This document shows positions 1 to 6,675 of a DNA stretch of 36,694 nucleotides, piece by piece. The stretch's first letter is position 1. Each line of letters opens with the position of its first letter. Both the position numbers and the translations under genes were made by a program. The notes beneath the pieces are model-generated. The model had not been told where the DNA came from, made no database searches, and worked only from the letters and a program-made list of their open reading frames with translations. The stretch is from a virus. Taxonomy: Duplodnaviria > Caudoviricetes. The DNA lies in IMG/VR virus record IMGVR_UViG_3300047402_000072, positions 1 through 36,694 of that record. One strand, written 5' to 3'.

Positions 1-11
1 CGGCAAAAACT

Positions 12-88
12 TGGTGGGTCGCACGGGCCACGATCCCGCATCACTCCGGTTAAAAGCCGGATGCTCTGCCCACTTGAGCTAACGACCC
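12..88 (-). tRNA. trnK: tRNA-Lys(UUU)
   Basis: Reverse complement folds as a cloverleaf GGGTCGT...GCGACCC-A-CCA; anticodon arm CCGG-CTTTTAA-CCGG; atypical T-loop ATCGTGG. Confidence 0.9.
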
Positions 89-97
89 AAAACAATA

Positions 98-172
98 TGG
101 CGGACCCAGCGGGAATCGAACCCGCATTTCACGCTAGACAGGCGTGTGTAATAGCCATTATACCATGAGTCC
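98..172 (-). tRNA. trnD: tRNA-Asp(GUC)
   Basis: GGACTCA...TGGGTCC-G-CCA; anticodon arm CACGC-CTGTCTA-GCGTG; T-loop TTCGATT. Confidence 0.93.
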
Positions 173-174
173 AT

Positions 175-260
175 TGGCGGTGACCGCGAGAGTCGAACTC
201 GCAACCCTGTAACGGGCGACTGTTTTCGAGACAGCTTCCTCACCAATTCGGATGGTCACC
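175..260 (-). tRNA. trnS: tRNA-Ser(CGA)
   Basis: GGTGACC/GGTCACC-G-CCA; anticodon arm GCTGT-CTCGAAA-ACAGT; long variable arm; T-loop TTCGACT. Confidence 0.9.
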
Positions 261-265
261 AATGT

Positions 266-350
266 TGGCGGAGACGACAGGAATCGAACCTGCAACCCCG
301 TGAAGGGCCACTCGTTTCCAACGAGCTTCCTCACCATTCGGATCGTCTCC
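266..350 (-). tRNA. trnS: tRNA-Ser(GGA)
   Basis: GGAGACG/CGTCTCC-G-CCA; anticodon arm GCTCG-TTGGAAA-CGAGT; long variable arm. Confidence 0.9.
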
Positions 351-356
351 ATGAGA

Positions 357-446
357 TGGCGGAGAGTGTTGGATTTGAACCAACGGTGGGTGTTATGCCA
401 CGACAGGTTAGCAACCTGCTGCTTTAAACCACTCAGCCAACTCTCC
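357..446 (-). tRNA. trnS: tRNA-Ser(GCU)
   Basis: GGAGAGT TGGCTGAGTGGTTTAAAGC; anticodon arm GCAGG-TTGCTAA-CCTGT; long variable arm; GCCA end. Confidence 0.95.
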
Positions 447-455
447 ACGAAAATT

Positions 456-539
456 TGGTGCCGGTTACAGGACTTGAACCTGTATGCTTTTCAGCGCCTG
501 CTTCTAAAACAGGTGTGTATGCCATTCCACCAAACCGGC
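456..539 (-). tRNA. trnL: tRNA-Leu(UAG)
   Basis: GCCGGTT/AACCGGC-A-CCA; anticodon arm CCTGT-TTTAGAA-GCAGG; class II variable arm. Confidence 0.93.
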
Positions 540-541
540 AT

Positions 542-627
542 TGGTACCGATGGAGAGACTTGAACTCTCATGGGGTTGCCCCCGCTTGCACCTCAAGCAA
601 GTGCGTATGCCATTCCGCCACATCGGT
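542..627 (-). tRNA. trnL: tRNA-Leu(GAG)
   Basis: ACCGATG/CATCGGT-A-CCA; anticodon arm CTTGC-TTGAGGT-GCAAG; variable arm GGGG-CAA-CCCC. Confidence 0.93.
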
Positions 628-634
628 ATAGTTC

Positions 635-708
635 TGGTCCACGCGGAGAGAATCGAACTCCCATAGGCACGGTGTAAACGTACTGCTCTGCCGTTGAGCT
701 ACGCGTGG
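635..708 (-). tRNA. trnV: tRNA-Val(UAC)
   Basis: CCACGCG/CGCGTGG-A-CCA; anticodon arm GTACG-TTTACAC-CGTGC. Confidence 0.92.
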
Positions 709-722
709 ACATCTTGGCGTAT

Positions 723-740
723 GTTCAGTTGTCAAAGAAC
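723..740 (-). promoter_or_regulatory. boxA-like (Nus antitermination) element within the tRNA operon
   Basis: Minus strand reads GTTCTTTGACAACTGAAC, matching the rRNA-operon boxA type GYTCTTTRAMAA and its usual downstream CTGAA. Confidence 0.65.
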
Positions 741-752
741 CCGCAACAAACT

Positions 753-827
753 TGGTGGGTCGTCTCGGAATCGAACCGAGTTCTCAAGGTTAAGAGCCTA
801 GAGCATCACCATTTATGCTTACGACCC
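753..827 (-). tRNA. trnK: tRNA-Lys(CUU)
   Basis: GGGTCGT/ACGACCC-A-CCA; anticodon arm CTAGG-CTCTTAA-CCTTG; T-loop TTCGATT. Confidence 0.92.
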
Positions 828-897
828 GAACGTGTGCTGCACAGCCCCCATATTCACCGCTGTGCAACGTGGCGACCTCGTTGCGTCACCTTGCCCT

Positions 898-940
898 AAA
901 ACACAAAACCCCGTAGAGCTTATCAGCGTCTACGGGGTTT
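898..940 (-). terminator. Intrinsic terminator/attenuator upstream of the tRNA array
   Basis: 12-bp inverted repeat AAACCCCGTAGA/TCTACGGGGTTT (906-917 and 929-940) followed on the minus strand by TTTTGTGTTTT. Confidence 0.8.
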
Positions 941-945
941 GTCAA
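917..945 (-). promoter_or_regulatory. Possible second sigma70 promoter embedded in the terminator hairpin
   Basis: TTGACA (945-940), 17-nt spacer ending TGA, then TAAGCT (922-917). Confidence 0.45.
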
Positions 946-966
946 GTGTTTTTTTCTGGTGCTTGT

Positions 967-1095
967 TTACACTTGACGCCCCCCGCGACTGGTTTCGGGA
1001 TTGCGTGTATCGATCATCGGCCATGCCGACACGACCAGCGTCCCGACCGATGTCGGATAGTTCGCGCTAAAGTTGTGTCGTGTCTGCTGTTGCAT
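967..1095 (-). CDS. 42-aa leader peptide of the tRNA operon (MQQQTRHNFSANYPTSVGTLVVSAWPMIDTRNPETSRGGRQV)
   Basis: GAGGA at 1111-1107, ATG at 1095, TAA at 969-967 lying in a predicted antiterminator stem; directly downstream of a consensus promoter. Confidence 0.6.
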   Translation of the reverse strand: MQQQTRHNFSANYPTSVGTLVVSAWPMIDTRNPETSRGGRQV

Positions 1096-1138
1096 GGCTG
1101 CTCTGTTCCTCGTGCATCGCGAATTGCGATGTTGTAAT

Positions 1139-1167
1139 AGTATATAGGTTACATTCCCGTTTGTCAA
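1139..1167 (-). promoter_or_regulatory. sigma70-type promoter for the leader and tRNA operon
   Basis: TTGACA (1167-1162) N17 TATACT (1144-1139) with an upstream A-tract. Confidence 0.85.
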
Positions 1168-1176
1168 GTATTTTTT

Positions 1177-1746
1177 TCAGTAGCGGTAGATATGCAACCC
1201 ACCGCGCACCGTCAAGCGCCACGTGGCACCATGCACGACAGTGTTTCGCATCAGCGCCGAGATGAGAGACTCGTTGCCTGACCATCCACCCGTGGCAAAC
1301 CGAATGAACTGCTCACCTCTCTGCGCCTTGACCAAACTCAATTCGGCGGTCGAGAGTGTACGACTGACCGAACCGTAGTGAGTATCCCATGCTTCGACCA
1401 CAAAGTCAAGACACGCACGAATGCCGCGATTGCGATTATCTTCACCTGCCTGCACATTTGATGCGGGGAAGATGGGCCACTGCTCGATGAGCGTCAACGT
1501 CTCATCAGTCGGATAGCCGTCACGATCAAACGTGGGCGCGGTGCGTGTCGGTGGCTGTGGGTGGAGATACTGCCCGCTATCCAGCCGATACGCAAACCCA
1601 TATTCGTCCTCAAACGCTTCATCAACAAATTCTGTCACGGTCGCTCCTTGCGCATACAGACGCATTCGCATACAGTCCTGACACGGCTGTGCGATGTCTA
1701 CGCCGTGGGCACAATAGTTCTGCCAATCAGGATCGTGGTTCGTCAT
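1177..1746 (-). CDS. Phage hypothetical protein (DRDGYPTDETL...FATGGWSGNE...GGLH family) with N-terminal CxH-CxxC segment
   Basis: ORF track; ATG 1746 lies 7 nt after a -10 box (leaderless); motifs typical of a widespread uncharacterised phage family. Confidence 0.75.
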   Translation of the reverse strand: MTNHDPDWQNYCAHGVDIAQPCQDCMRMRLYAQGATVTEFVDEAFEDEYGFAYRLDSGQYLHPQPPTRTAPTFDRDGYPTDETLTLIEQWPIFPASNVQAGEDNRNRGIRACLDFVVEAWDTHYGSVSRTLSTAELSLVKAQRGEQFIRFATGGWSGNESLISALMRNTVVHGATWRLTVRGGLHIYRY

Positions 1747-1969
1747 GGTTCGTAGTATCGCACACATGCGCGAGTCTGTCAAGTCGGAGTTGTTCAGCAC
1801 GTCGGTGAACGTCCGTCACCGTCGTATATATCTCACTCACCACGACCGTGTGCCCGTCGCGCACTTGCAGTTCTGGTCCCGCGCAGCACCGTAAGAGCAC
1901 GGCCTGTGTGCCGCGATGTTCCCACAACAGTGTATACGATTGAGTGTAGGGGCATCGCGCACACGCCAT
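1727..1969 (-). CDS. Hypothetical protein (80 aa)
   Basis: Fills the gap in the tightly packed minus-strand early operon; ATG 4 nt after the preceding stop. Confidence 0.55.
   Translation of the reverse strand: MACARCPYTQSYTLLWEHRGTQAVLLRCCAGPELQVRDGHTVVVSEIYTTVTDVHRRAEQLRLDRLAHVCDTTNHDEPRS
1754..1782 (-). promoter_or_regulatory. sigma70-type early promoter
   Basis: TTGACA (1782-1777) N17 GATACT (1759-1754), extended -10 TG. Confidence 0.7.
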
Positions 1970-1973
1970 GCGA

Positions 1974-2354
1974 TTACTTAGACTTCTTCGTCTTTACTTT
2001 CTTCTGGAGAATGACCGGCACCACACGACCGTCCATGTAGTGAATGTACCCCTCCGGTCCATCGTCAATCCATTTGATGTCGCTCACGTAGACACCCGCC
2101 GTCACATCCTCACCATAGATATGCGGTGTATCGTCAAGCGTGCTATACGACGACGGCGGATACCAACGGTCACCGCAGCACGGGCAGTCCCGGTCGTCTC
2201 GGCAGCCGTCCCAATACAAACCGATATCCTCCGCTCGACGGGTGATATCCCTTACATCTGTGCCCTCAACAACAACATGATGCGACAAACCACGCCCATG
2301 ATCTACATGGAATCGACCACCACTGTTGTTCTGCGAAAAATGATAAAACATCAT
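1974..2354 (-). CDS. Conserved phage hypothetical protein (FSQNNSGG...DCxCCGDRW)
   Basis: Characteristic motifs; GAGG RBS; ATGA overlap with the upstream ORF. Confidence 0.85.
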   Translation of the reverse strand: MMFYHFSQNNSGGRFHVDHGRGLSHHVVVEGTDVRDITRRAEDIGLYWDGCRDDRDCPCCGDRWYPPSSYSTLDDTPHIYGEDVTAGVYVSDIKWIDDGPEGYIHYMDGRVVPVILQKKVKTKKSK

Positions 2355-2464
2355 CCTCTCCGAATTCTCCGACGAGCCCGAGCGCGTCGATTCACCTCAC
2401 GCCAACGAGCACGCCGACGATAAAACGACACCAAGTCGATCCACTGCACCGCACGGACAGGCAC
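2351..2464 (-). CDS. Small Arg-rich protein, 37 aa (MPVRAVQWIDLVSFYRRRARWREVNRRARARRRIRRG)
   Basis: GTG start after AAGGAG; stop overlaps the next ATG (ATGA); below ORF-track cutoff. Confidence 0.55.
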   Translation of the reverse strand: MPVRAVQWIDLVSFYRRRARWREVNRRARARRRIRRG

Positions 2465-2466
2465 GA

Positions 2467-2592
2467 CTACTGCCACTCCTTCCGCATCTTGGCTTTCACC
2501 GACGACCGCGAATCCTTGCGGACACGACGATCCCGCATCACGCGCGACTCCTTCGGCACGTCCACACGCGGCAACTTCACCGTCTTGCCCAT
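2467..2592 (-). CDS. Small basic protein, 41 aa (MGKTVKLPRVDVPKESRVMRDRRVRKDSRSSVKAKMRKEWQ)
   Basis: ATG after GGAGG; fills the operon gap; below ORF-track cutoff. Confidence 0.6.
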   Translation of the reverse strand: MGKTVKLPRVDVPKESRVMRDRRVRKDSRSSVKAKMRKEWQ

Positions 2593-2596
2593 AAAC

Positions 2597-2875
2597 TCAC
2601 ACGCCTCCAACTTTTTCAAACAGATGCCACACGTAGGGTCCGTCCTGCCACGTATAGCGCCATTCCCACCGACAGAAGTTCAGATCGGGGATGTCTTCGC
2701 CGGTCGCGAACATACGAAAGATGCGGTCTTCCTTAGCTGCACTAGTGGGGTTCTCGACTTCGGCCCATAGATAATAGCACTGGTTCTGTGTTCCGACGTG
2801 TCGGATCTCTGCGCCGATCGGTAGCGTCAGAGTGAAATGCCCGATGCCCACTTCGTACTTGTACATGTGACGCAT
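2597..2875 (-). CDS. Conserved phage hypothetical protein (YKYE...LPIGAEI..V..Q...LWAEV...FATG...VWHLFE)
   Basis: Recognisable phage motif; start overlaps the upstream stop; AAGGGG RBS. Confidence 0.8.
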   Translation of the reverse strand: MRHMYKYEVGIGHFTLTLPIGAEIRHVGTQNQCYYLWAEVENPTSAAKEDRIFRMFATGEDIPDLNFCRWEWRYTWQDGPYVWHLFEKVGGV

Positions 2876-3093
2876 CACAGTTCCCCTTCCTGCACACCAC
2901 ACGCCGCGTAGAACTTCGCCCGCAAAAAGCGGGGGTTGTCGTGAGCGAAATGATCGGCAGTCGTTCGCACCTGATTGATCCAAAGCACGAATGCATCGCT
3001 CCACGGACCCAATTCCGACTGTCCATCCAGAAACTTCGCCGGACGAAGTGCCGACAGAAACGAAGCGAATGCGATATAGTCCTTACGCGTCAT
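2875..3093 (-). CDS. Conserved phage hypothetical protein (MTRKDY...DNPRF..KFYAACG)
   Basis: Recognisable phage motif; GAGG RBS. Confidence 0.8.
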   Translation of the reverse strand: MTRKDYIAFASFLSALRPAKFLDGQSELGPWSDAFVLWINQVRTTADHFAHDNPRFLRAKFYAACGVQEGEL

Positions 3094-3247
3094 GCTCATC
3101 CTCACTCTCATCCTCATTCAGACTTTCAAGCCGACTCAACAGATCGTCGAACAACGAACTCGACGACACCAAGCCACGCTCGAACTCTAGACGTTCTGCA
3201 CGCGACATCGCATCCAACGCACTCAGATCCAGCACATTACTCGGCAT
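3083..3247 (-). CDS. Small acidic hypothetical protein (54 aa)
   Basis: GGAG RBS; overlaps both neighbours in the operon. Confidence 0.55.
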   Translation of the reverse strand: MPSNVLDLSALDAMSRAERLEFERGLVSSSSLFDDLLSRLESLNEDESEDEHDA

Positions 3248-3509
3248 ACTCATGCTCCACAGTCTGATGATCACGCTCTTCACGAATGGACGCGACGGTT
3301 TCCGCTGACGCATAGAACCGCGACACGCCGGGACCGAACAGATCGTCGTAGGATGCACCAAGCATCACATCGATCACTTCGGACTCGGACAGACGCACGA
3401 GGTCATTGGGCAGCGACGGGTTGACGCGCGTAATGCGTCCTCCACGGGCCAGATAATCAGCGACGGTTTCCCGCTCGATGGCGGCAGACGACGAACGATG
3501 CTTTGACAT
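3237..3509 (-). CDS. Hypothetical early protein (VADYLARGGRITRV motif)
   Basis: First ORF after the promoter; the F/YLAxGGxI motif is common in small phage proteins. Confidence 0.7.
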   Translation of the reverse strand: MSKHRSSSAAIERETVADYLARGGRITRVNPSLPNDLVRLSESEVIDVMLGASYDDLFGPGVSRFYASAETVASIREERDHQTVEHEYAE

Positions 3510-3518
3510 GATGCATAC

Positions 3519-3548
3519 ATTGTATGGGAAAACGGAAGTCGATGTCAA
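3519..3548 (-). promoter_or_regulatory. sigma70-type early promoter
   Basis: TTGACA (3548-3543) N18 TACAAT (3524-3519). Confidence 0.75.
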
Positions 3549-3673
3549 GCGGAAAATGCGTGAAACGAAAAAAAACCTGTAAGTCCTGCGTTTGCAACAA
3601 CTTACGGGAATTCGTGAAACGATTCACGAGAGAATTCGGCATGGTTGCCGTTGCGTGCGGGTGCGTGGGGTGC

Positions 3674-3681
3674 TATAAATA
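3674..3681 (+). promoter_or_regulatory. T4-type late promoter TATAAATA
   Basis: Exact T4 gp55 consensus upstream of AAGGAG and ATG 3698. Confidence 0.75.
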
Positions 3682-3697
3682 TTGGCAAGGAGCAAGC

Positions 3698-4756
3698 ATG
3701 GCAGGAAAATTTAACAAAGGCGACATATCGGAAGGCATTCTCGCTGCGGCAATCACCGCTCGTTTTGTGTCTAAAACCAAGCCGATCACCGACAATGACG
3801 TGGTGTCGATCATTGGAAAATTGAAACCCGGTCAAGGAGCACAAAAGGGGTTCTCCTCCACCACAAAATTTACCTCGCCAAATCTTGCCAAAAATGTTGT
3901 GGATACCGTAATCTGTTTTGTGAATCTTGCAGAAGTCAACATGAAAGGGTTTCTCGATACAAAAATATATCGCGATAAGGATGTGAAAGAACTCGTCACT
4001 GCGGCGGTGTCCTACGCAAATGGAATTCATGTGCGTGAATGGGCGGATACGATGTACAGGAATGGCCAAAAAAATACCATTGAAGTTCGTTCGGAAGGTC
4101 TTCTCGATCAGAGCGGCACGAAAGTCGATCTTCGCGTGATTATCGATGGTAAGCAATGCGGGATCGGTGTCAGTCTCAAGGCGGGTGATGTAAAACAATT
4201 TGGACAAATCGGTGGCGCGTCGATAGAATCTATGAAGGATTTATTTGAACCTCTTGGCGTTAAGTTCACGTCAACTCATGCCAAAAAAATTGAAACATAT
4301 TTGATGAACAAAAAACCTACCGAAGCGTTGTCGTTTGCATACTCTGAGGCGTATAGTCAACTGGCATCTATTATCAAAAAAGATGCTATAGGGTTCAGAA
4401 AAAATTTAGCTGCGTTCATGCAGTACCACGCTACGCGCAATGAACCGAATGTCGCTCTTGTGCAATTGGCTAAAGGTCAAGCGACCGTCTACATGTTTGA
4501 AGAAGTAAAGAAAAAACTTACGGGGGTACCTGTGCATGTGGAGTATTCAACGGGTTCAACTGACGTAGTTCCCGGCAAAAAAATTCCGCAACTTCTTTTT
4601 TATGGTGGTAGTAAAGACTCGAAGAATTTGCTTATTCAGATTCGCGTTAAGCTAGAAGGCAATCGCGTTGATAGTAAAGGAAAAAAACTGGGATTGACGA
4701 TACGCAATTATGTCGAAAAAGGAACGCTAACAACGCGATTGATTGCAGGACATTAA
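3698..4756 (+). CDS. Hypothetical protein with restriction-endonuclease-like PD-(D/E)xK features
   Basis: AAGGAG RBS; N-terminal NKGDISEG helix and TKVD-x13-SLK motif; visibly more AT-rich than flanks. Confidence 0.65.
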   Translation: MAGKFNKGDISEGILAAAITARFVSKTKPITDNDVVSIIGKLKPGQGAQKGFSSTTKFTSPNLAKNVVDTVICFVNLAEVNMKGFLDTKIYRDKDVKELVTAAVSYANGIHVREWADTMYRNGQKNTIEVRSEGLLDQSGTKVDLRVIIDGKQCGIGVSLKAGDVKQFGQIGGASIESMKDLFEPLGVKFTSTHAKKIETYLMNKKPTEALSFAYSEAYSQLASIIKKDAIGFRKNLAAFMQYHATRNEPNVALVQLAKGQATVYMFEEVKKKLTGVPVHVEYSTGSTDVVPGKKIPQLLFYGGSKDSKNLLIQIRVKLEGNRVDSKGKKLGLTIRNYVEKGTLTTRLIAGH

Positions 4757-4775
4757 ACAAACTCTAAATACTCGT

Positions 4776-6659
4776 ATGTCCAAGATTCCCTCATTCACCG
4801 ACTTCCTCAACGAAGACTTGCGCAACTGGTTTGGCAAGGGCAAAGAAGGCGGCGTCGGTGGTGGTGGCTGGGATCGCTACAACACCAAAGGGGAACGCAT
4901 CGGCAAGTGTGGTGACGCGGACGACCGTGGTGGTGACGGTGAAGGCAAACCCAAGTGCTTGTCCACGCAGAAAGCGAATCAGCTTCGTGCTCAAGGTGGC
5001 AAGCAAGCGATTGCGAATGCGGTGAAGCGCAAGAAGGAAGCGGACCCTGTGACGGATCGCCCCGGCACGGGCAACACACCGAAGATGGTGAGCAACCGCA
5101 TCAAGGAAGAGAACGAACCCACCAACCCAAGTCTCTGGTCCAAAGCGAAGAGCATGGCGCGCTCGAAGTTCGATGTCTATCCGAGTGCGTATGCAAACGG
5201 CTGGGCCGCGAAGTGGTACAAGGATCACGGCGGTGGATGGCGCACCAAGAAGAACGAACAGGTGCAGACATCGACACCCGCTGACCGTGAGTGGGGCACC
5301 GACTCGCTCGTGGCGATCTACAAGCATGACACGCCGGGTGAGACGCATGAAGCATGGGAGAAGAACCCCAACTGTCAGCAGTGCAAGCATAAGCTCTCAC
5401 CAGCGGAACTTAAGCGTGGGGACCGCGTATGCGCCGCGTGTGTCAAGCAAAATAAAGGCCGCGTGTGGGGCAAGGACAGCGACGACGACTACGAGGAACA
5501 GATGGACCTCGTGCCGATGCGGTCCGTGAACGAAGAAGATTTGATGGTAGAAACCTTCAATACCGTCTACCCGTGGCATGCCGTGTTGGATACTGCTGCT
5601 CGTTCGTCCTATCGGTTTTCTGTGCCGAGTCCGAGGGGCACCAAAGATGGCACCGTTGAAATCTGGTCAGGGCACGCGACATATAACAATCCCAAAAATG
5701 TCGTCACAGTAATATTCAAAATTGACGGCCGTATGTCAACAACGGGATTGGGTGACGGAGTAAAGTTTGGTATCTTTACGACGGTTATTGAAATAATCAA
5801 AGACTACATCAAAAAATACCATCCGTATGGCATTACCTTTGATGCAGAAAAAGTATCGGATTCGGATTCTCGTGGACGGTTATACACGACGCTTGTGCAG
5901 CGGTTCGCTCATACATTGGGATACACTCTCGCTAAAAAAGATGAAGGCGAAGATGCTGACGGTGAAATTTATGTGAGTTTCACACTTCATCGAGTAGGTG
6001 GTGTCCACGAGCACATCGTCAAAGTCAAGGGCGGGTACCGACTCGTCTCCAAGAAGACTGGCAAGAATCTCGGCACCTATCCCACCAAAGCCGGCGCCGC
6101 CAAGCGCGAACGTCAGGTGCAGTATTTCAAGCATCACGAGGACACATCGATATCCCTTCCTTCGTTCAAACAGTTTGTTGCCGAACAGTCGCACGCCAAC
6201 ACGTTGCGCGAAAAGTTCTTCGATGGCTTCGAGGGGCACGGGCATGACGGATGGACGGAAGTGTGGATTGACCCGACGACGGGGGAAGTAGCAGATGCCT
6301 CACGCAAGACTCTGTGGCAAGTCGCACGAGGTAAGTTCCCGATTCCACCCGACCGTGCGTATCGGTGTCGCGCGTGGGTCACGAGCAAGCATGTCTTTGT
6401 ATGGGACGCCGAAGCGGACAATCACATGGATGTGGAAGCCTTCGTTCAACGGTCTGCTCGCGAGCAAAAGTTGAGCATGGACTTCTCTCATGCGATTCCG
6501 CTGGACCTCTACTACTGGCCGAATGCTAAGAAGCTCGGCATTCGCGTGTCCGATTGGTCAGCAGGGGGTCATGTTGATGTCATGACTGCCGTCGCGACTC
6601 TTCAAAAGCATCCGTGGATCAAAGGCAACTCCGCGTTCAAAAACATCATTCCAGTTTAA
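4776..6659 (+). CDS. Modular late protein, probable internal head (poly)protein
   Basis: Follows CTAAATA (4764-4770); begins MSKIPSFTDFLNE; modules (VYPSAYANGW, CxxC..CxxC, TGxGD..SRxxLY, GKNLGTYPTK) separated by xxE motifs. Confidence 0.75.
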   Translation: MSKIPSFTDFLNEDLRNWFGKGKEGGVGGGGWDRYNTKGERIGKCGDADDRGGDGEGKPKCLSTQKANQLRAQGGKQAIANAVKRKKEADPVTDRPGTGNTPKMVSNRIKEENEPTNPSLWSKAKSMARSKFDVYPSAYANGWAAKWYKDHGGGWRTKKNEQVQTSTPADREWGTDSLVAIYKHDTPGETHEAWEKNPNCQQCKHKLSPAELKRGDRVCAACVKQNKGRVWGKDSDDDYEEQMDLVPMRSVNEEDLMVETFNTVYPWHAVLDTAARSSYRFSVPSPRGTKDGTVEIWSGHATYNNPKNVVTVIFKIDGRMSTTGLGDGVKFGIFTTVIEIIKDYIKKYHPYGITFDAEKVSDSDSRGRLYTTLVQRFAHTLGYTLAKKDEGEDADGEIYVSFTLHRVGGVHEHIVKVKGGYRLVSKKTGKNLGTYPTKAGAAKRERQVQYFKHHEDTSISLPSFKQFVAEQSHANTLREKFFDGFEGHGHDGWTEVWIDPTTGEVADASRKTLWQVARGKFPIPPDRAYRCRAWVTSKHVFVWDAEADNHMDVEAFVQRSAREQKLSMDFSHAIPLDLYYWPNAKKLGIRVSDWSAGGHVDVMTAVATLQKHPWIKGNSAFKNIIPV

Positions 6660-6675
6660 TCACGAGGACACATCC

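Noticed and set aside
1-4. CGGC at the window edge, possibly the 5' end of a further tRNA
   Set aside because: Too little sequence to call.
456-539. tRNA with TAG in the anticodon loop as a possible amber suppressor or sign of recoding
   Set aside because: Anticodon UAG reads Leu CUA; a suppressor would need CUA. TAG, TGA and TAA all end conserved genes here, so there is no evidence for an alternative code.
158-899. ORF-track proteins overlapping 158-899
   Set aside because: They overlap clear tRNA genes and are spurious translations.
3524-3697. Upstream extension of the 410-aa ORF; likewise track starts at 1800, 4743, 12693 and 29860
   Set aside because: The extensions overlap promoters or precede the conserved N-terminus; downstream ATGs (3698, 1746, 4776, 12675, 29887) fit RBS, promoter or homology better.
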